DNA from: Candidatus Saccharimonadota bacterium | GTDB taxonomy: Bacteria; Patescibacteriota; Saccharimonadia; Saccharimonadales; JAGQNJ01 | Assembly (NCBI GenBank): GCA_036826295.1 | Contig: DAISWO010000001.1 | Coordinates: 18,068 to 82,067, forward strand | Reading direction: 5' to 3' | DNA: 64,000 nucleotides | In this document: positions 42,033-50,899 of the stretch, piece after piece | How the letters are laid out: every line of letters starts with the position of its first letter | How positions within the stretch are numbered: the stretch's first letter is position 1 | Translations under genes and position numbers: made by a program | Notes under the pieces: model-generated | Told to the model about the DNA's origin: nothing | What the model saw: only the letters and a program-made list of their open reading frames with translations | The model's database searches: none

Positions 42033-43172
42033 TTATTTCCAATTATTGGGAAGCTTAAGCGCGCCGCCTCTAGTGCTATCTTCAGGACTTTTTACTACAA
42101 ATTTAATAATGTCTTTTCCTATAGCCAAAGCAGACCGATCTTCTGCCCTACACAGAGCACTAGTCATTTGATATACCCCGGTATTTAGTGCTGAAGTGGC
42201 CAAAGAATACGATATCTTACCATTTCCAACGAGAGGCTCGCTTGTTGGGGTAGTCAGTTCAGCAATAGAGATACCATCACGAATTATAGAAAATCCTATA
42301 TACATTTTTACCTTATTGTATGATTTGTATTTAAACAATAATTTAATTTGATCGTCTGTTTGTTCAATCATTCTTGATTCAAGCATGTGTTTTTGTGATA
42401 ATTTTAGTCCTGTGTCTTTAGGTACATCAATATTCTCAAGTTTGTATAATTCTGCTATTTCTGAGGCCGGACCTTTACGTGTAATATTTCCATTTACCAT
42501 ATAAATCGCTTCATCACAGAATCTAGTTATTGCCGACATGTCGTGAGAAACAAAGACAACAGTTTTTTTATCTTTTTTTAGTTTCTTAAAATAATTGAAG
42601 CATTTTTGCTGGAAAGCCGAGTCCCCAACCGCCAATACTTCGTCGATTAACAGTATGTCACTCTTGGCTCTTATCGCAATTGAAAACGCTAACCGAACTT
42701 GCATTCCAGAAGAATAATTCTTGAGTTTTTGGTCCATGAACTTTTTTAGTTCGGCAAATTCTACAATTTCGTCATACATTTCTGACATTTCTTTACGATT
42801 AAAACCTAGTAGTGCGCCATTTAGAAAAACGTTTTCTCTTCCAGTCAGCTCGGGATTGAATCCTACGCCCAGTTCTATAAATGGCGTAAGCTTTCCGTTA
42901 ATAGTAACCCCTCCACTAGTCGGGCTATAAATACCAGCTAGTATTTTAAGCAGGGTGCTTTTTCCGCTACCATTACGGCCTACTATCCCAAAGAATTCGC
43001 CTTGTTTTATATCAAACGAAATATCGTTAAGTACCTTTTGTTTTTCGTAGCTTTGCCTTCTAAAAAAACTTACAAAGGCGCTCTTTATTGAACTACGTTT
43101 TTCGTGCGGCAGCTTAAAAACTTTCGATAAACCTTCTACTTTAATCGCAATTTCGCTACTACTGTCGTTCAT
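42033..43172 (-). CDS. wzt: O-antigen/teichoic-acid-type ABC exporter ATP-binding protein with C-terminal extension
   Basis: Walker A GIVGRNGSGKSTLLKIL, signature YSSGMQVRLAFS and Walker B ILLIDEVLAVGD, plus roughly 130 extra C-terminal residues as in Wzt carbohydrate-binding domains. Confidence 0.85.
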   Translation of the reverse strand: MNDSSSEIAIKVEGLSKVFKLPHEKRSSIKSAFVSFFRRQSYEKQKVLNDISFDIKQGEFFGIVGRNGSGKSTLLKILAGIYSPTSGGVTINGKLTPFIELGVGFNPELTGRENVFLNGALLGFNRKEMSEMYDEIVEFAELKKFMDQKLKNYSSGMQVRLAFSIAIRAKSDILLIDEVLAVGDSAFQQKCFNYFKKLKKDKKTVVFVSHDMSAITRFCDEAIYMVNGNITRKGPASEIAELYKLENIDVPKDTGLKLSQKHMLESRMIEQTDDQIKLLFKYKSYNKVKMYIGFSIIRDGISIAELTTPTSEPLVGNGKISYSLATSALNTGVYQMTSALCRAEDRSALAIGKDIIKFVVKSPEDSTRGGALKLPNNWK

Positions 43173-43973
43173 CTATATATTCTCCGCAAAATACTTTGAC
43201 TCTTTCTTGAAATACCATACTCCAAGTATAAAAGTTGCAAAAGTAATAGCTACAGGGATTAATGCATAAGGCCCACCTTCGAAAACTTTCCACACCGTTA
43301 GCGTGTCGTGCGTCACTAATTCGTAGCGGGCGTCTTGAACAGTCTGAGCAACTGGATTTAGTAACATAACTTTTTGGACCGTAACGTTAGTAATTAATGA
43401 TAGTGGGTAGAGTATCGGTGTTGCGTAAAAACCCGCCTGCAATAATACCTCCCAAATATAACTAACATCCCTATATTTAACGAACGCGGTCGACAAAAGT
43501 AATGCTACACCTAGAGAAAATATGTACAGTTGAAGAAGTGTTAGAGGAAAAAGAACCGAAGTACTCAATAAATCAACTTGATTAATTAGCATAAAAATTA
43601 ATACAACAAGCAAGTTGAGTCCAACATTTATTAAACCAGATATACTACTTGATAATACGATTATCCACCTGGGGATTTTTATTTTTCTAATCAAATCGCC
43701 TCTACCGACAATCGACCCTAGACCCTGAGATGTAATCTCAGTAAAAAAGTTCCACATTACTATACCTAGCAATAAGTAGATCGGGTAGTGTGGTATGTTA
43801 CCCCCAAGTCGTAAAAACTTAACAAAAACAATATATAATATCAAAAAAATAAAAAGCGGCCTGAGAAGTGACCAGGCATAGCCAAGAACTGAGCCCTGAT
43901 AGCGAAGCTTAAAGTCTGTCCTGACTAGCTCAGCAAGCAGTGCCCGATTCTGTTTTGAATATATATGTTTCAT
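43173..43973 (-). CDS. wzm: ABC-2 type polysaccharide exporter permease
   Basis: 266 aa with six TM helices. N-terminus LVRTDFKLRYQGSVLGYAWSLLRPL is typical of Wzm/TagG. It immediately precedes wzt. Confidence 0.8.
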   Translation of the reverse strand: MKHIYSKQNRALLAELVRTDFKLRYQGSVLGYAWSLLRPLFIFLILYIVFVKFLRLGGNIPHYPIYLLLGIVMWNFFTEITSQGLGSIVGRGDLIRKIKIPRWIIVLSSSISGLINVGLNLLVVLIFMLINQVDLLSTSVLFPLTLLQLYIFSLGVALLLSTAFVKYRDVSYIWEVLLQAGFYATPILYPLSLITNVTVQKVMLLNPVAQTVQDARYELVTHDTLTVWKVFEGGPYALIPVAITFATFILGVWYFKKESKYFAENI

Positions 43974-44013
43974 GCAGTTAGTTAGGTTCTATTATAGAAT
44001 AGAGGGTAGTTAT

Positions 44014-44997
44014 ATGAAAACTAATATCGCCGTTGTAATTCCCAACTGGAATGGTAAGCATTATCTTAAGGGTTGTATTGACTCTTTGCTAAGTCAATCA
44101 ATTAAAGTAACCATCATTGTTGTGGATAATGGGTCCGTTGATGGATCACCCGAATATATTGAGCAGAATTTTCCACAAGTAAAACTCATTAAATTAACTA
44201 GTAATCACGGTTTCACTGGAGGCGTAAACGCTGGTATCAAAGACGCAATAAAAACCGACCAAGAATTTGTTGCCCTGTTTAATAACGATGCTGTCGCAGA
44301 TAAGCATTGGCTAGAAAATTTGGTTACGGCGATGACAGCCCATAAACGGGTGGGGATAGTAACCGGAAAGTTCATGAGGGACGATAAGCAACATCTGGAT
44401 AGTACTGGGGACTTTTTGACTACCACAGGATTGCCTTACCCTAGAGGACGCAATGAAGTGGACAAAGGGCAGTATGATAAATCCAATTATGTTTTTGGTG
44501 CTACTGGCGGGGCGAGTCTTTATCGTGTCGAAATGCTAAAACAGATTGGTTTGTTTGATGAAAAGTTCTTTGCATATTTTGAGGATGTCGATATTAGCTT
44601 TCGGGCTCAACTGGCCGGCTGGAAAGTGTATTATGAGCCTAAAGCAATCGCCTATCATAAGGTTGGCGGGACAAGTTCTAAACTGGGGTCGTTTTCTCGC
44701 TACCATAGCACCAAAAACTTTCACCTTTTATTCTTGAAAAACATGCCTGGAATGTTGTTCTGGAAGTACTTCCCACTTGCTGTTTTACAAAGTTTTCGCA
44801 TGGCCGTTGGGTCAATTGTTCACGGACAATATTTGACCCATCTGAAGGGCTACTTCGCCGCAGTAATCCTCTTGCCGCACTGCATAATCGAGAGAAGAAA
44901 GATACAAAAAAGTCGGAAAGTCTCAACAGCATATATTGACAGCATGTTAGTTCATGGCCGAGCACCAAAACCCGATAAATATAAGTCCATTTCATAA
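44014..44997 (+). CDS. GT2 glycosyltransferase
   Basis: IAVVIPNWNGKHYL...IIVVDNGSVDGS (GT-A, DxD). Start moved to the ATG with a GAGGG RBS; the track ORF begins 42 nt earlier. Confidence 0.8.
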   Translation: MKTNIAVVIPNWNGKHYLKGCIDSLLSQSIKVTIIVVDNGSVDGSPEYIEQNFPQVKLIKLTSNHGFTGGVNAGIKDAIKTDQEFVALFNNDAVADKHWLENLVTAMTAHKRVGIVTGKFMRDDKQHLDSTGDFLTTTGLPYPRGRNEVDKGQYDKSNYVFGATGGASLYRVEMLKQIGLFDEKFFAYFEDVDISFRAQLAGWKVYYEPKAIAYHKVGGTSSKLGSFSRYHSTKNFHLLFLKNMPGMLFWKYFPLAVLQSFRMAVGSIVHGQYLTHLKGYFAAVILLPHCIIERRKIQKSRKVSTAYIDSMLVHGRAPKPDKYKSIS

Positions 44998-45051
44998 ACA
45001 AACATATAGTTATAGATTTTTCTCGCTAGTATTTGTTGATTTATCGTCTAA

Positions 45052-45279
45052 TTAGTTGTCGTTTTGTATGACTTGTTCAACCTCAAAAAAAGCGCCCGCA
45101 ATTTCTATGCCTGAGCTAATTCCTTGACTGTCTATTCCCATAGATCTTCGATATTCAATTAAAGCATCGGTGTATTGTCCGACAAAAGCTGATCGATCTA
45201 CAGTGGTGTCGCCGTAAGGGCTTACATTATCTACAAAATCGTGAAATGACGGTGGACGAGATGGTGGGGCTGTTTCCAT
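45052..45279 (-). CDS. small hypothetical protein (75 aa)
   Basis: The ATG is preceded by GAAGGAGAAAC, a strong RBS with good spacing. No recognisable domain. Confidence 0.35.
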   Translation of the reverse strand: METAPPSRPPSFHDFVDNVSPYGDTTVDRSAFVGQYTDALIEYRRSMGIDSQGISSGIEIAGAFFEVEQVIQNDN

Positions 45280-45322
45280 GTTTCTCCTTCGTTAGTAATA
45301 TGCAGTATAGTATAAATCAATC

Positions 45323-46414
45323 ATGAAGCATATTGTTATTGATGCTAGGGAGTCGGGGACTAGTACCGGCAGATACATCGACAAGCTAATCGAATATCTG
45401 GCTAAAGAAAAGCCGGCTTATAAAGTTACTGTATTGACAGCACCAAAACGGGTTGATTTCATTGAATCTATTGCGCCAAAGTTTTTGACCGTTGTTTCGC
45501 CCGTGAAAGAATTCACCTTCAGCGAACAAACACGGTTGCTAGAACAAATTAAAAAGCTGAAGCCTGATTTAGTGCATTTTGGTATGACTCAACAACCAAT
45601 CCTTTATCGTGGAAAAACAATAACTACCGTTCACGATCTGACTACTGCGAGATTCAAAAACCCTGCTAAAAACCCATTGGTGTTTTGGGTCAAACAAAAG
45701 GTGTACCGCGTTGTCATAAAAATCGTGGCTAGAAAATCCGAGACCATTATTACGCCATCTGAATACGTTAAAGATGACTTAGCAAAATTCGCCAAGATTA
45801 ATTCTAGGAAGATCGAAGTCACTTACGAGTCGGCAGATAAAATTACCGAGGCTAGTGAAGCGATTGAAGAGCTTGTAGATAAACAGTTCTTGTTATACGT
45901 CGGACGACCTCAACCACACAAGAATTTAGATCGGTTAATCGAGGCTTTTGTTAGCTTGCAACAAAAACACCCTGACCTACACCTAGTACTCGCGGGAAAG
46001 AAAGATGCCCTCTACTGGCAATTAGAAAAACACGTAAAAAACCAAAAATTAGAAAATGTAATATTTACGGATTTTGTATCAGAAGGACAATTAAAGTGGT
46101 TATACGAGAATACCGCTTGCTACGTCTTCCCGTCACTCAGCGAAGGCTTTGGCCTACCAGCGCTTGAAGCGATGGTTCACGGCGCGCCGGTGGCGTCCAG
46201 CAACGCTACTTGCCTGCCAGAAATCTATAAAGATTCGGCAGAGTATTTTAGCCCTACCGATATCGATTCAATGACCACAGCGATAGAGAAGATCCTAACA
46301 AATAAAAATCTCTCAGATAAACTTCGCGAGCGAGGCAAGAAACTTGCCGCTAGTTATTCGTGGCAACGCATGGCCAAAAAAACCCTAGAAATATACAAAT
46401 CAACATTAGACTGA
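45323..46414 (+). CDS. GT4-family glycosyltransferase
   Basis: GT-B fold with C-terminal FPSLSEGFGLPALEAMVHGAPVA (E-x7-E region of retaining GT4). Confidence 0.8.
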   Translation: MKHIVIDARESGTSTGRYIDKLIEYLAKEKPAYKVTVLTAPKRVDFIESIAPKFLTVVSPVKEFTFSEQTRLLEQIKKLKPDLVHFGMTQQPILYRGKTITTVHDLTTARFKNPAKNPLVFWVKQKVYRVVIKIVARKSETIITPSEYVKDDLAKFAKINSRKIEVTYESADKITEASEAIEELVDKQFLLYVGRPQPHKNLDRLIEAFVSLQQKHPDLHLVLAGKKDALYWQLEKHVKNQKLENVIFTDFVSEGQLKWLYENTACYVFPSLSEGFGLPALEAMVHGAPVASSNATCLPEIYKDSAEYFSPTDIDSMTTAIEKILTNKNLSDKLRERGKKLAASYSWQRMAKKTLEIYKSTLD

Positions 46415-46443
46415 TTGACGTCTAGACGCTAAAACGCTATAAT
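46415..46443 (+). promoter_or_regulatory. sigma70-like promoter TTGACG-17 nt-TATAAT for the toxin-antitoxin operon, probably leaderless
   Basis: TTGACG at 46415-46420, 17-nt spacer containing the palindrome TCTAGA, TATAAT at 46438-46443. The ATG of the antitoxin lies only 6 nt after the -10 and has no RBS. Confidence 0.5.
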
Positions 46444-46449
46444 GTCATC

Positions 46450-46683
46450 ATGAGCAGTAACGATACTAAAACCACACTTTATCTGAGCCCAAACGTACGT
46501 CGAGCGTTAAAAAAACGCGTCATAGACACCAACCAAACGATGTCTGAATACGTTAATCGAGCTGTGGCATTTGCTATCGCAGAAGATCTTGAAGATATAG
46601 AGGCAATAGAAGAACGTCGAAATGAACCGACAGAATCACTAGATAATTTTTTAGAATCACTGAAAAAAGATGGCCTTATATAG
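46450..46683 (+). CDS. type II antitoxin (RelB/DinJ/ParD-like)
   Basis: 77 aa; acidic C-terminus. Overlaps the downstream RelE/ParE-like gene by 14 nt. Confidence 0.55.
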   Translation: MSSNDTKTTLYLSPNVRRALKKRVIDTNQTMSEYVNRAVAFAIAEDLEDIEAIEERRNEPTESLDNFLESLKKDGLI

Positions 46684-46933
46684 GGTTGAGATAAATAGGC
46701 GGGTTAGGAAGAAAGACCTCCCCGCCATACCAGCAAAATCTAGAGCAAGAATTGTGCTCCGTATAAAAAAATTAGCTCAAGATCCGTACCCGACAGATTC
46801 AATCCAACTAAAAGGGCGCAACGAACGACGCATCAGACAAGGTGATTATAGGATCCTTTATTTGGTGCAAGAAGATATTGTGACTGTATTCGTCATAAAA
46901 GTTGGGCACCGAAAAGAAATTTATCGAAAATAG
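46670..46933 (+). CDS. RelE/ParE-family toxin
   Basis: 87 aa with a conserved C-terminus (DYRILYLVQEDIVTVFVIKVGHRKEIY). Confidence 0.7.
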   Translation: MALYRVEINRRVRKKDLPAIPAKSRARIVLRIKKLAQDPYPTDSIQLKGRNERRIRQGDYRILYLVQEDIVTVFVIKVGHRKEIYRK

Positions 46934-46936
46934 TTG

Positions 46937-47407
46937 TTAATCTTCTTTTGGTTTGATGATTACGTGGCGCTCTCGGCCTTCTCCGGCTGATTCTGAGCTC
47001 AAACCTTCATCATCTGCTAGTTTATGAATCGTCCGTCTATCAGCGGCGTTCATAGGCCTTAGGGACATTGGTTCTTTAGATTCTTTTACTTTATTAACCC
47101 ATTCTTGTGCGTGGCTAGTTAGTTGTTCGGCGCGTTGCTTCTTATAATCAGCAATATCGACATGCACCCTGCTCTGTTCGAACCCCTGACTCCTGAGTGC
47201 ATTAGATACCATGAATTGAATGGCGCGAATTGTTTCGCCCCTTGCTCCAATCAAAAAGCCATTAAGGTGGGTTGAAGGAACGTGGAGCTCGATGATGTCA
47301 TCTTCGTTAACCGTGGCATGTACGTCAGTGTTAAGGCCAAAAAAGGATAGCATATCCTCTAGGTACTTCTGTGCGTAAATTGATGCTTCTTCTAAAGTCT
47401 TGGTCAT
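46937..47407 (-). CDS. jag: Jag/KhpB RNA-binding protein (KH + R3H)
   Basis: KH-like region (GFLIGARGETIRAIQFMV) and an R3H-like C-terminus (LRPMNAADRRTIHKLA). Positioned after yidC as in rnpA-yidC-jag operons. Confidence 0.8.
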   Translation of the reverse strand: MTKTLEEASIYAQKYLEDMLSFFGLNTDVHATVNEDDIIELHVPSTHLNGFLIGARGETIRAIQFMVSNALRSQGFEQSRVHVDIADYKKQRAEQLTSHAQEWVNKVKESKEPMSLRPMNAADRRTIHKLADDEGLSSESAGEGRERHVIIKPKED

Positions 47408-48330
47408 CGCTTCTTCCTCCGTTTCTTATTTTTATTCTTCTTAGGTGTTGGCTTTTTTACCACCTCTGCTTCCTTGGCTACTTTGGCTCGCTGTTTGGCG
47501 GATGGTTTATCGGCAAGTTCTTCTAGTTCTTCTTCGTCTTTATTAAGCACCCTGTTTTGCTGGAACAATGCGACGAGTCCACTAGTGAACCAATATAGAG
47601 ACAAGGCGGCAGGTAGGCCGATTGTGAAAATAAAAATCATGGCTGGGATTAAAAACTTGGTGCTACGTCCAATGGCAGAATTTACCTCAGATTGATCTGC
47701 CTGCTTGCCACTTCCAGCGTCTTTTAGAATATCGCGTAGCTTACGAGAGTTCTCGTCTGTTGGCATCAGCTGTTTGCTCTGATAATACTGAGTTATCGCA
47801 CTACCAACCACTAACAGGAATGCCGGAAAATAAAATCCCTCTGGGCCAATTGCTGGCCTAGTCAAATCGATTAGCCCAACTAGCGTTGCGTCAAACCGTG
47901 AAATATCCACAGCTAGATCTTTAATAGCGCCGAGGTTGTGGATGGCAGGATAGGTAAAATCAACCAGGCTATGCGGATCCTTAATAATCCTATTAAGGAC
48001 GCTGTACAGCGATAGGAAAATTGGTAACTGTACGAGCAACAAACCTACCGAGGCGAACGGATTAATCTCTTTTTCTTTATAGAGCGCCATTACCATGGTT
48101 GACTCTTTTGTGCGATCACCTTTAGCTTCTTTTTTAATCCTCTTTAGCTCGGGCTGAAGCTCGCGCATAGCCTTAGCGTGGTGGAGCTGTTTTTTAACTA
48201 GTGGCCACATCGCTAATCGCACCAATATAGTGAAAATAACGATTACAACGCCGAAGTTATGGCCTGGCAGTAACGCATAAATAAAAACCAGTAGGTTAAA
48301 AACTGGTTGAACTATAAGTGTAGTAAACAT
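47404..48330 (-). CDS. yidC: membrane protein insertase YidC (short Gram-positive type)
   Basis: LVRLAMWPL...QLHHAKAMRELQPELKRIKKE signature and a basic C-terminal tail. Confidence 0.9.
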   Translation of the reverse strand: MFTTLIVQPVFNLLVFIYALLPGHNFGVVIVIFTILVRLAMWPLVKKQLHHAKAMRELQPELKRIKKEAKGDRTKESTMVMALYKEKEINPFASVGLLLVQLPIFLSLYSVLNRIIKDPHSLVDFTYPAIHNLGAIKDLAVDISRFDATLVGLIDLTRPAIGPEGFYFPAFLLVVGSAITQYYQSKQLMPTDENSRKLRDILKDAGSGKQADQSEVNSAIGRSTKFLIPAMIFIFTIGLPAALSLYWFTSGLVALFQQNRVLNKDEEELEELADKPSAKQRAKVAKEAEVVKKPTPKKNKNKKRRKKR

Positions 48331-48446
48331 AGAATCTCCTTGGTCCTCATTCTGCCACCGCGAGCTCTCTTTTTGGCCGCTTAATTTAAGAGTTTAATTG
48401 CAGAATAGACTAGTAATATAATAGCATGCTACGTCTACAAAAGTTT

Positions 48447-48791
48447 TTAGACTAGTTTGGCATTCTTCAGTAACTGCTCAATCATTTGTTTGAGATCAAT
48501 AGCCGGCATTTCAGCTACCGAGTCGTCAAAAATAGTAATAATCATATCGGCGTTTGACGAAAACTCTGGAATCTTTAATCTAACTATCTCAAAAATACGA
48601 CGCCGGATACGATTGCGCCCCACAGCTGATTTGTGTACTTTCTTACTAATAACTACAGCAATACGTGAACTGTCGCGCTTAGTGTTTAACACAAATTTTA
48701 GGCTTAAGGGGCCACTGCGAACCGTTTGACCACGGCTGTAGGTACTTCGTAAACTGTTATACCCGTGAAAACGGTTTTTTCTATTGATCAT
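48447..48791 (-). CDS. rnpA: ribonuclease P protein component
   Basis: 114 aa basic protein with a KKVHKSAVGRNRIRRRIFE motif. Sits between rpmH and yidC. Confidence 0.85.
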   Translation of the reverse strand: MINRKNRFHGYNSLRSTYSRGQTVRSGPLSLKFVLNTKRDSSRIAVVISKKVHKSAVGRNRIRRRIFEIVRLKIPEFSSNADMIITIFDDSVAEMPAIDLKQMIEQLLKNAKLV

Positions 48792-48822
48792 ATGTAAACT
48801 CGACGTAGCTATTTTCTAGAAT

Positions 48823-48960
48823 TTAGCGGCTAAGTAGTTTTCGGCCTTTGTTTCGGCGCCGTTTTAATACGTTTTTTCCCGAAGTTGTCGACATGCGTTT
48901 GAAAAACCCGTGAACACGCGATCGTTTGCGTTTTTTTGGTTGAAATGTCCTTTTTGGCAT
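48823..48960 (-). CDS. rpmH: 50S ribosomal protein L34
   Basis: Below the 60-aa ORF cutoff. Reverse-strand translation gives [45 protein letters not shown], the L34 consensus (MKRTFQP...HGFR.RM.T..GR.VL..RR.KGRK.L). TAA stop. Confidence 0.9.
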   Translation of the reverse strand: MPKRTFQPKKRKRSRVHGFFKRMSTTSGKNVLKRRRNKGRKLLSR

Positions 48961-49292
48961 AGGTGTTACTTTATTGTAGTTGGCCTCTGTAGTCAAGAGA
49001 AGAAATCAAAGACCGTGCTTCTGGAGAGTTTGGCGTCAAATAAACAATATTTTGCCACGATATTCAATACTTTATCCACTGAAACTGATTGGTTATCCAC
49101 AAAACTCAAGGTGTTAGCTGTGTCTGTGTATAACTTTTAATCTGTTCGGCGGTTTTTGTTACATTTTTGTTGTTATTAATGTTTAGCCTGTGGAAAAACT
49201 ACCTCCAGACTGGTATAGTTATCTCTACATTTACATTGTGTGTGAGCGGTGTGTTAATAACTTAAGATTAACTTTCATGGAGGGTAACAGGA
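48961..49292. promoter_or_regulatory. putative oriC / dnaA promoter region (rpmH-dnaA intergenic) with DnaA boxes and AT-rich unwinding candidate
   Basis: Perfect TTATCCACA at 49093-49101 and TTATCCACT at 49072-49080, with a weaker TGTGGAAAA at 49190-49198. AT-rich stretch 49150-49190 (ttttgttacatttttgttgttattaatgttt). Confidence 0.6.
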
Positions 49293-50648
49293 GTGCAGGA
49301 TAATCTGTGGCAAGCGGTTTTAGGAGAGATCGAGATGTCTGTCTCTCAAGGAAATTTTGCAACTTGGTTTAAAAACACCCATCTGCTAGAACATTCGGAA
49401 AGCGAAGTTGTAATTGGGGTGCCTAACATCTTTATCAAACAACAGTTAGAGCGAAAGTTTAACGATTTGTTGTCTGACGTACTGTCCAAGAATGGGTTAT
49501 CTAGCGCCGTTATTACATATAAAATTCACTCCCCTGCAAAACTCCACAACACCACCGATTACGACGACCCGGTAATTGTGAGGACTAGTGGTGGCTCGGC
49601 AAAAAGTCAGAGCGCCTTGGCCCACAGCTATCGTAGGGGACTAAATGAAAAATATACTTTCGATACTTTTATTGTAGGATCGGGCAACGAGCTAGCCTAT
49701 GCAACCTGTCAGGCCATTGCCGCACTCCCGGGCAAAAAATATAATCCGGTTTTTTTGTACGGCGGGGTTGGAATAGGCAAAACCCACCTTGCAGAAGCTG
49801 TTGGCAACGAAGTTGTGGCCAATAATCCCGATGCCAAGGTCATTTATGTTAGCAGTGAGCAGTTTGTTCAAGAATTTTTAGATGCTATTAGATACAAGAA
49901 GAATACTGACTTTGCTGGCTATTATCGTTCGGCTGACGTATTAATTGTTGACGACATTCAGTTCATTGCTGGTAAAGAAAAGACTCAAGAAGAATTTTTT
50001 CATACTTTTAATGCCCTTCATCAGGCTAACAAACAAATTATTATAACCAGCGATATGGCACCTAAAGACGTGCCAACACTAGAAGACCGGTTGCGATCGA
50101 GGTTCTCTATGGGTATGAGCGTCGATATGCAAATCCCTGATTTTGAGACACGTTGTGCAATCGTACAGACAAAAGCCGAAGCTCAATCTTTCGAGCTATC
50201 TCAACCAGTCGTCGAAGTACTAGCAGATAACGTTAGGACAAACATTAGGGAGCTAGAAGGAGCACTAAACCAACTTGTAGCAATGTGTGAGATGAAAGGC
50301 GTCGAGCCCGACGTAGAGCTCGCAAAATCAGTTATTGGAGCAAGTAGATCAAGAGCAAAACATATATCCTCTAAATCAGTTATTGATAAAACTGCTAAGT
50401 ACTTCGGCATATCTATGGACGATATTATGAGCCCGAAACGCGATAAAGATATTGTTATGCCAAGGCAAATATCGATGTTTTTACTGCGGAGCGAACTGCA
50501 CTTAAGCTTTCCTAAGATTGCAAGAGAACTTGGTCGAAAAGACCACACCACCGCCATACACTCAGTTGATAAGGTTGAAAAAATATTAAGTAATGACTCA
50601 TCACTACAGGCCGCTATTAATGAAATCAGGGAGAGAATCTATGCTTAA
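49293..50648 (+). CDS. dnaA: chromosomal replication initiator protein DnaA
   Basis: AAA+ Walker A LYGGVGIGKTHL, Walker B LIVDDIQF and a C-terminal HTH (ARELGRKDHTTAIHSV). Confidence 0.95.
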   Translation: MQDNLWQAVLGEIEMSVSQGNFATWFKNTHLLEHSESEVVIGVPNIFIKQQLERKFNDLLSDVLSKNGLSSAVITYKIHSPAKLHNTTDYDDPVIVRTSGGSAKSQSALAHSYRRGLNEKYTFDTFIVGSGNELAYATCQAIAALPGKKYNPVFLYGGVGIGKTHLAEAVGNEVVANNPDAKVIYVSSEQFVQEFLDAIRYKKNTDFAGYYRSADVLIVDDIQFIAGKEKTQEEFFHTFNALHQANKQIIITSDMAPKDVPTLEDRLRSRFSMGMSVDMQIPDFETRCAIVQTKAEAQSFELSQPVVEVLADNVRTNIRELEGALNQLVAMCEMKGVEPDVELAKSVIGASRSRAKHISSKSVIDKTAKYFGISMDDIMSPKRDKDIVMPRQISMFLLRSELHLSFPKIARELGRKDHTTAIHSVDKVEKILSNDSSLQAAINEIRERIYA

Positions 50649-50899
50649 ATTTGTTATTTTGGCTGTGCAAAGACTGACTCAAAGCTGTGCAGAAGCCTGT
50701 GTAAAGAGCTTTGAAAAGCCTGTGATTGTGAGTGTTGTTAATTACACCATCCACAAAATCGTAGGGTTTTACGGGGACTTATTAGACCTTTATAAACAAG
50801 CCATAATGGCGAAACAACAGGTTGAAAAAAATCTTATACACATTATCTACAGGCCTTATAACAACAACATTCTAAGTATTTAAAAAAGGAGTTATTATT
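50649..50899. promoter_or_regulatory. dnaA-dnaN intergenic region with DnaA-box-like elements and four CTGTG-N-AAAG-type direct repeats
   Basis: Near-boxes ccATCCACA (50748-50756) and TTATCTACA (50833-50841). Repeats gctgtgcaaag / gctgtgcagaag / cctgtgtaaagag / cctgtgattgtg between 50661 and 50730. AAGGAG RBS for dnaN at 50886-50891. Confidence 0.45.

Noticed and set aside
44205-45001. Reverse-strand ORFs overlapping the GT2 gene 44014-44997
   Set aside because: Antisense to a motif-supported glycosyltransferase. No independent support.
50593-50883. 96-aa forward ORF spanning the dnaA 3' end and the dnaA-dnaN spacer
   Set aside because: Overlaps dnaA in another frame and covers a region better explained as non-coding origin/regulatory DNA with DnaA-box-like repeats. 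No RBS.
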